A stretch of 64,000 nucleotides of DNA from Pseudomonadota bacterium. Lineage in GTDB: Bacteria; Desulfobacterota; Desulfobacteria; Desulfobacterales; JBDRRP01. Shown here piece by piece: positions 58,899-64,000 of the stretch (positions are counted from its first letter, which is position 1; every line of letters begins with the position of its first letter). The stretch is from positions 1 through 64,000 of the forward strand of contig JBDRRP010000050.1 in NCBI GenBank assembly GCA_043825735.1. The letters are read 5' to 3'. The position numbers and the translations under genes are program-made. Under the pieces are notes generated by a model. The model searched no databases, was not told the origin of the DNA, and saw nothing but the letters and a program-made list of their open reading frames with translations.

Positions 58899-59954
58899 AT
58901 GAGCGAAGTATTCCCGGCGTTTGAGGCCACGGCGGTCACCGCCCGGTTTGTCGACCCTGCCGGGCAGGTGGTGGAACACGTGGTGGAGGTGCGCACCGAT
59001 CCGGTCACCGGGCGCACGGCCCGGGTGACGCTGGCCAGGTCCGCTGAAAAGGAACGCGGCACCGAGTGGCTGCCCCCGCCGCCTCCGGACGCGGCAGACG
59101 TCGGCGCCTGCCCGTTCTGCCCGCCCCAGCGGGACCGCCTGACGCCCGTTTTTGCAGCGAAATTCGCCCCGCAGGGCCGGTTGGTTCACGGGGACTCGGT
59201 GCTGTTTCCCAACCTGTTTCCCTACGGCGGATACTCGGCGGTGAGCCTTTTCGACGACCGGCACTTCGTTGAAATCGGCACGGCCGCTGCGCACAGCTAT
59301 GCCGGCTGCCTGGTCAACTGCCAGCGCTACCTGGACCGGGTGGCACAAACCGATCCGGCGGCAATATTTACCGCCATCACCCAGAACCACCTGCCATCGG
59401 CCGGCGGCTCACTTTTACACCCCCACCTTCAGATACATGCTGACCGGATTGCACCAAATTTCTTGCGGTATTTGGAGAAGCGCGCTGCAGACTATCGACA
59501 GGCCACCGGGGGGTATCTTTTTTCGGACCTGCTCGCGGCGGAGTTGTCCCACGGCGCGCGCGTGATCGGCCGCACCGGCGACTGGCACTGGCTCGCCGCT
59601 TTTGCCCCGGAAGGGTTTTACGAGGTGTGGGCCATATTGCCGCAGTGCGTTTCGATCGCCGCCGTGTCAGTTCCCCAGTGGAGGGATTTGGCAGAAGGGA
59701 TCACCAATGCCCAGAAGTTTTACCGCAGCCGCAATCGCAACGGCTACAATCTGGGACTGGTTGCCGTGGCGGGCGCTGACAGCGCACTGGAGCTGCGGCT
59801 TCGCATGGTAGTGCGCGGCAACTACGGGCCGTGGGTGCGCAGCGACCACACGGGCTACGAGGTGATGCTGGGCGACATGGCCACATTTCAGGCGCCGGAG
59901 ACCACAGCCCTGCAGGCGCGGCCGTTTTGGCAAAGCGACAGCCGCGGGGGGTGA
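58899..59954 (+). CDS. GalT-like (HIT superfamily) nucleotidyltransferase
   Basis: DPVTG, CPFC, PNLFPY, AGGSLLHPHLQ. Confidence 0.85.
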   Translation: MSEVFPAFEATAVTARFVDPAGQVVEHVVEVRTDPVTGRTARVTLARSAEKERGTEWLPPPPPDAADVGACPFCPPQRDRLTPVFAAKFAPQGRLVHGDSVLFPNLFPYGGYSAVSLFDDRHFVEIGTAAAHSYAGCLVNCQRYLDRVAQTDPAAIFTAITQNHLPSAGGSLLHPHLQIHADRIAPNFLRYLEKRAADYRQATGGYLFSDLLAAELSHGARVIGRTGDWHWLAAFAPEGFYEVWAILPQCVSIAAVSVPQWRDLAEGITNAQKFYRSRNRNGYNLGLVAVAGADSALELRLRMVVRGNYGPWVRSDHTGYEVMLGDMATFQAPETTALQARPFWQSDSRGG

Positions 59955-59959
59955 CGCGC

Positions 59960-60721
59960 ATGACGATCATCCGGTTCGACGCTGAGCTGAGCTCCCTGCT
60001 GCGGGTACCTCACCGGGGCGGTGCCGTTTTGCAGCCGCCGGGTCGTCGGGCTGCCGTCAAGGATATGATCGAGGCCTGCGGCGTGCCCCATACCGAGGTG
60101 GGCGGCGTTGTTGACGGGGACGTCCCGGTCGGTTTTTCACACATCCCCGCCCATGGGGCAACGGTTTCGGTGCTGGCTCCGGTTCCACCGGTAGACGTGA
60201 CCCGGCCCAGCCTCCTGCGGCCGTGCCCGTTCGACGGGGTGCGGTTCGTGGTGGACGTCAACGTGGGCAAGCTGGCGTCGCTGCTGCGGATGCTGGGGAT
60301 GGACACCTGCTACCGCAACGGTATCGACGATGCGGAGATCGCGGAAGTGGCCGAACGGCAGTCGCGCATCGTGCTGACCAAGGACATCGCGCTACTCAAG
60401 CGCCGGCGCATCGTCTTCGGCCGCCTGGTGCGTGAGCGCCTGCCGGACGCACAGCTGGGGGAAGTGGTTCGGTTTTTCGGTCTGACCGGGCCGTTTACCC
60501 TTTTTTCACGGTGCCTGCTGTGCAACGCACCGCTTGAGGCCGTGGCCAAGGCCAGCATCATCCACCGGCTGGAACCCAAGACGAAAAAATACTACCATCG
60601 CTTCACCCGCTGCCCGGACTGCGACCGGATCTACTGGCAAGGCTCCCATCACGACGAAATGGCCGCGCGCCTCAGTGCCCTGGGGATTCCCGTGGCCGAT
60701 CGCCCTGCTGGCCCCATTTGA
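59960..60721 (+). CDS. Mut7-C RNase domain protein with N-terminal ubiquitin-like domain
   Basis: GVPHTEV, DVNVGKLA, RCLLCN, CPDCDRIYWQGSH. Confidence 0.9.
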   Translation: MTIIRFDAELSSLLRVPHRGGAVLQPPGRRAAVKDMIEACGVPHTEVGGVVDGDVPVGFSHIPAHGATVSVLAPVPPVDVTRPSLLRPCPFDGVRFVVDVNVGKLASLLRMLGMDTCYRNGIDDAEIAEVAERQSRIVLTKDIALLKRRRIVFGRLVRERLPDAQLGEVVRFFGLTGPFTLFSRCLLCNAPLEAVAKASIIHRLEPKTKKYYHRFTRCPDCDRIYWQGSHHDEMAARLSALGIPVADRPAGPI

Positions 60722-61090
60722 TGGTCATGTAAAAAAGTCAGAATCTCTCGCAAAGCCGCAAAGCAAAACGAACATCGGACATTCAACGTTGAATGATGAA
60801 TGAAAAAACGAACGCGAAACGCCTATTTGGTTGCTGCCGACGGGTTTTACATTCGATGTTCAGCGTTCGATGTTGGAGGTTCATCTTTTAAATCCCATCG
60901 CCGTACTCCGCGTCCCAGCGCCTCTGCGCGAGATCATGGTTTTTTTTGTTTATGGCCTCAGGCCGCCAATCCGTCTAATCTGTGTCGCTTTCTAAGCCGT
61001 GTAGGCGCAATCTGTGGATGAAAAAGGTGTTGGTTTCATAAGTATGCTCCGAGGCGATCTCTGGATGCCGAATCAGGCCCGGCATGACGA
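60719..61090. repeat. mixed repeat cluster between convergent genes
   Basis: gatggtcatgtaaaaaagtc, cgcaaagccgcaaag, aacatcggacattcaacg...cgatgttcagcgttcgatgttg, ctggatgccgaatcaggcccggcatgac. Confidence 0.7.
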
Positions 61091-61138
61091 TGGGGTGTAC
61101 TGGTATTAATCGAAACAAACTAAAGACAGCCGCTTTAA

Positions 61139-62341
61139 TTACTTCGATGCAGACTGGATACACGCCACGGTCTGCTGGGCGATGGCCAGCTCTTCGTTGG
61201 TGCGCACCACCAGGATGCGAACCGGGCTGCCGGGCGCGTTCACGGACAGGGCATCCGAGGGTTTGACCGTATTGACCTGGGGGTCAATGCGCATACCCAG
61301 GTGGGAGAGCCCCTCGCAGATTTGCCGGCGGATGTCCGGGGCATTTTCGCCGATGCCGCCGGTGAAGACCACGGCGTTGGCCCCGCCGATGACGGCGTGA
61401 TAGGCGCCGATGTATTTTTTGATCCGGTGAACAACCATGTCCACGGCCAGGCGCGCGTCGTTGTTTCCCGCATCGGCCATCTGCATTACTTCCCGCATGT
61501 CGTTTTCACCGCAGATGCCTTTCAGACCGCTGTCGCGGTTGAGCATATCGTCAACGGCGTCCACGTCTGCGTCCATCTTTCTAAGCACAAACAGCAGCGC
61601 CCCGGGGTCCAGGTCGCCGCCCCGGGTGCCCATGATGAGGCCTTCCAGGGGGGTCATCCCCATGGAGGTGTCCATGCAGCGGCCGTTTTTGATGGCCGCT
61701 ACACTGGCGCCGTTGCCCAGGTGAAGGGTAATGAGGTTGATGCGGGCCAGCGGCATTTTCAGAAATTCGGCGGTCTTTTGGGCCACGAAAGCGTGGGAGA
61801 TCCCGTGAAAGCCGTAGCGGCGGATACCGTGAGCCTCGCTAAGACGCCGGGGAAGGGCGTAGTGGAAGGCTTCGGGACCGATGCTCTGGTGAAAGGCGGT
61901 GTCGAAAACCGCCGTCTGGGGGATGTCCGGGGCAATTTCCATGGCCGCTTCGATGCACATCAGGTTCACCGGGTTGTGAAGCGGCGCGAGCGCAATGAGG
62001 CTGCGGATGGTGTCCACGACCCCCGTGTTGATGACCACCGGCTCACGAAACACCGCGCCACCGTGCACCACCCGGTGGCCGATGCCAAAAAGCGTGCCGG
62101 AACCGTCCAGGTCTCCGGAGTCGCGCAACACCTGCCAGATAAGGGCAAATCCAGTTCTGTGGGTGGCGACGGCGTCGTCTACGATGATATCCGCCACGCG
62201 GTCTGCCGACCGGTGCACGAGGCGGCTCTTCTCTTCGCCAATGCGTTCCAGCAAGCCGCCGGCATGCTCGGAACCAGCGGCCATGTCATATAGTCGGTAC
62301 TTGATGGAGGAGCTTCCCGTGTTGATCGCCAGAACCTTCAT
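61139..62341 (-). CDS. ackA: acetate kinase
   Basis: INTGSSSIK, GHRVVHGG, APLHN, FDTAFH, HLGNGAS, GGIGEN, TNEE. Confidence 0.96.
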   Translation of the reverse strand: MKVLAINTGSSSIKYRLYDMAAGSEHAGGLLERIGEEKSRLVHRSADRVADIIVDDAVATHRTGFALIWQVLRDSGDLDGSGTLFGIGHRVVHGGAVFREPVVINTGVVDTIRSLIALAPLHNPVNLMCIEAAMEIAPDIPQTAVFDTAFHQSIGPEAFHYALPRRLSEAHGIRRYGFHGISHAFVAQKTAEFLKMPLARINLITLHLGNGASVAAIKNGRCMDTSMGMTPLEGLIMGTRGGDLDPGALLFVLRKMDADVDAVDDMLNRDSGLKGICGENDMREVMQMADAGNNDARLAVDMVVHRIKKYIGAYHAVIGGANAVVFTGGIGENAPDIRRQICEGLSHLGMRIDPQVNTVKPSDALSVNAPGSPVRILVVRTNEELAIAQQTVACIQSASK

Positions 62342-62400
62342 TCACACTCCTTTCGAGAGTTCCCATCATGCCGTGCCGGCGTCTCGATTGCAACCACCGG

Positions 62401-62530
62401 TGATGCATTCGTAAAAAGTCGGGATCTCTCGCAAAGCCGCCAAGATCGCAAAGTTAACGCAATCATATTAAATAATTTCCTTGGCGCGCTTGGCGTCTTT
62501 GCGAGAAAATTGCTTTTTTATGACTTCATC
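62401..62530. repeat. MITE-like family B element
   Basis: tgatgcattcgtaaaaagtc...ctcgcaaagccgccaagatcgcaaag / cttggcgcgcttggcgtctttgcgag...tttttatgacttcatc. Confidence 0.7.
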
Positions 62531-62615
62531 GTCCTTGCGTGTCCCGACGCTGCAGTTTTTGTTGACCTGGACTCCCGTTGCCGGTAGTCAGGAACGTTCG
62601 CCCGCCAAGGAGAGG

Positions 62616-63575
62616 ATGTTGAACGACCACGAACCGCCATTTCAGGCCCCAGGACCCTTCCGCCCCCTGCTGATGCTGCTCATCGGTGCGGTGATGATCA
62701 GTTTTTCATCGGTGTACGTCAAGATCGCCCATGTGAGCCCCTCGGTGTCGGCGTTCTACCGGGTGTTTTTCGGGGCGCTGGTGCTGATGGGTATGGCTGT
62801 GTTTCGTCAGCGCTTCCGCTGGCGGGGGCGGCGATACCTGATGCTGGCGGCAGTGTGCAGCGGCAGTTTTGCCCTGGACCTTTTCCTCTGGCACCGGAGC
62901 ATCCACTTCGTGGGTCCTGGTCTGGCCACGTTGCTGGCCAACTTCCAGGTTTTCATCCTGGCAGCCATCGGCATCGTGGTCCTCAAGGAACCCTTTCGGT
63001 GGCGGATTGCCGTTGCCATCCCCATGGCTTTTTGCGGCCTGGTCCTCATCGTGGGCATCGACTGGGGACAGCTCGGCGCAGCGTACCGTCTCGGCGTGGT
63101 GTTTGGCCTCCTGGCAGCACTTTGCTATAGCGTGTACCTGATATCTCTCAAACGCATCCAGTCTCTGCCCGCGGGTCTGCCGCCCCTGGAGAATCTTGCC
63201 GTGGTTTCCCTGATGGCCGCCGGGTGGCTGGCCGTGGACATCTGGTACAGCGGTGAAAGCTTTCACATCCCGGATACCACATCCACCCTCGCCCTGTTGG
63301 CCTATGGCGTTTTCAGTCAGGTGGCGGGCTGGGTGATCATCGCTTCGGCGCTGCCCCGGGTGCGGGCATCCTTTGCCGGGCTGGCGCTGCTACTGCAACC
63401 GACGCTGGCCTATGTGTGGGATGTTCTCTTCTTTCACCGGGCCGTATCCCTGCTAAATCTGGCGGGGGTGGCGCTGGCCATTTGCGGGATTTACCTGGGA
63501 ACCTCATCGGCTGCAGCGCAGAAGCCTTTGCCGGTTGATGCAGACGCTGCCGGACCATTTTCACGTCGCTTTTGA
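62616..63575 (+). CDS. DMT/EamA family transporter
   Basis: About 10 TM helices, two EamA repeats; AGGAG RBS. Confidence 0.88.
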   Translation: MLNDHEPPFQAPGPFRPLLMLLIGAVMISFSSVYVKIAHVSPSVSAFYRVFFGALVLMGMAVFRQRFRWRGRRYLMLAAVCSGSFALDLFLWHRSIHFVGPGLATLLANFQVFILAAIGIVVLKEPFRWRIAVAIPMAFCGLVLIVGIDWGQLGAAYRLGVVFGLLAALCYSVYLISLKRIQSLPAGLPPLENLAVVSLMAAGWLAVDIWYSGESFHIPDTTSTLALLAYGVFSQVAGWVIIASALPRVRASFAGLALLLQPTLAYVWDVLFFHRAVSLLNLAGVALAICGIYLGTSSAAAQKPLPVDADAAGPFSRRF

Positions 63576-63695
63576 CGCGAGGGGCCATTGCGGTATAGAG
63601 TGCAGCCAACATCCTCATCTGTACACGCATCCAAGATGGTGCTGCCCGGCACTGTTTGCCGTTTTGAACAGATGTTGGAAATGGGAGACTGAAAG

Positions 63696-64000
63696 ATGCA
63701 TTCAGTGAAAATCTATCTTCTGGGGTTGGCGGCAGCCCTGTGCTGGGCGGTTCAGTTGCCCGGGCCAGCGGTGGCCGATGTCATTATTTTGAACGACGGC
63801 CGGCAGATCGAAACCCCCCGGGCCATTGTGGAAGGCTCGCAGGTTTTCTATTACAAGGGCGAGAAGGTGTACTCGATGCCCCATTCCCAGGTCCGGGAAA
63901 TCCGGCGGGGCGAGGCCGAAACCGAGTCCACCGCTGAAAAAAATGCCTCGCATCCCAACCATTTCTACCGGTTGGTATTCACCGACGGACGGACCGTTCA
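63696..64000 (+). CDS. 5' part of a secreted hypothetical protein (MHSVKIYLLGLAAALCWAVQLPGPAVADVIILNDGR...)
   Basis: GGGAG RBS, signal peptide, open to the window end; not in ORF track. Confidence 0.7.
   Translation, partial: MHSVKIYLLGLAAALCWAVQLPGPAVADVIILNDGRQIETPRAIVEGSQVFYYKGEKVYSMPHSQVREIRRGEAETESTAEKNASHPNHFYRLVFTDGRTV

Overview
GC-rich chromosomal segment whose gene content suggests a sulfate-reducing Desulfobacterota (Desulfobacterales-like) bacterium; the taxonomy is inferred. The left end (1-3075, minus strand) is the head of an integron cassette array: a putative attI, two complete AT-rich cassettes, two attC sites and the start of a third cassette. No intI lies next to it. A complete 2003-nt group II intron (576-2578; En-less YADD RT, not class-C-like) is inserted in the sense orientation inside the attC core site, GTTA/GGC. 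Its GCGCG 5' end rebuilds a pairable R' box. Next is a repeat-rich accessory tract (TA remnant, DUF3303, AAA_14/DUF4143 ATPase). The window also carries an arsR-hgcA-hgcB mercury-methylation locus with a palindromic operator and a repeat element between hgcA and hgcB, and an HTH-WYL regulator facing a palindrome and two unannotated small ORFs. Other genes include a pst-like ABC operon with an atypical binding motif, a secreted WD40-caspase, two hybrid kinases, rpsA, trxB, ackA and a rubredoxin missed by the ORF track. Several families of palindromic or MITE-like intergenic repeats are present. No rRNA, tRNA or CRISPR array was seen.
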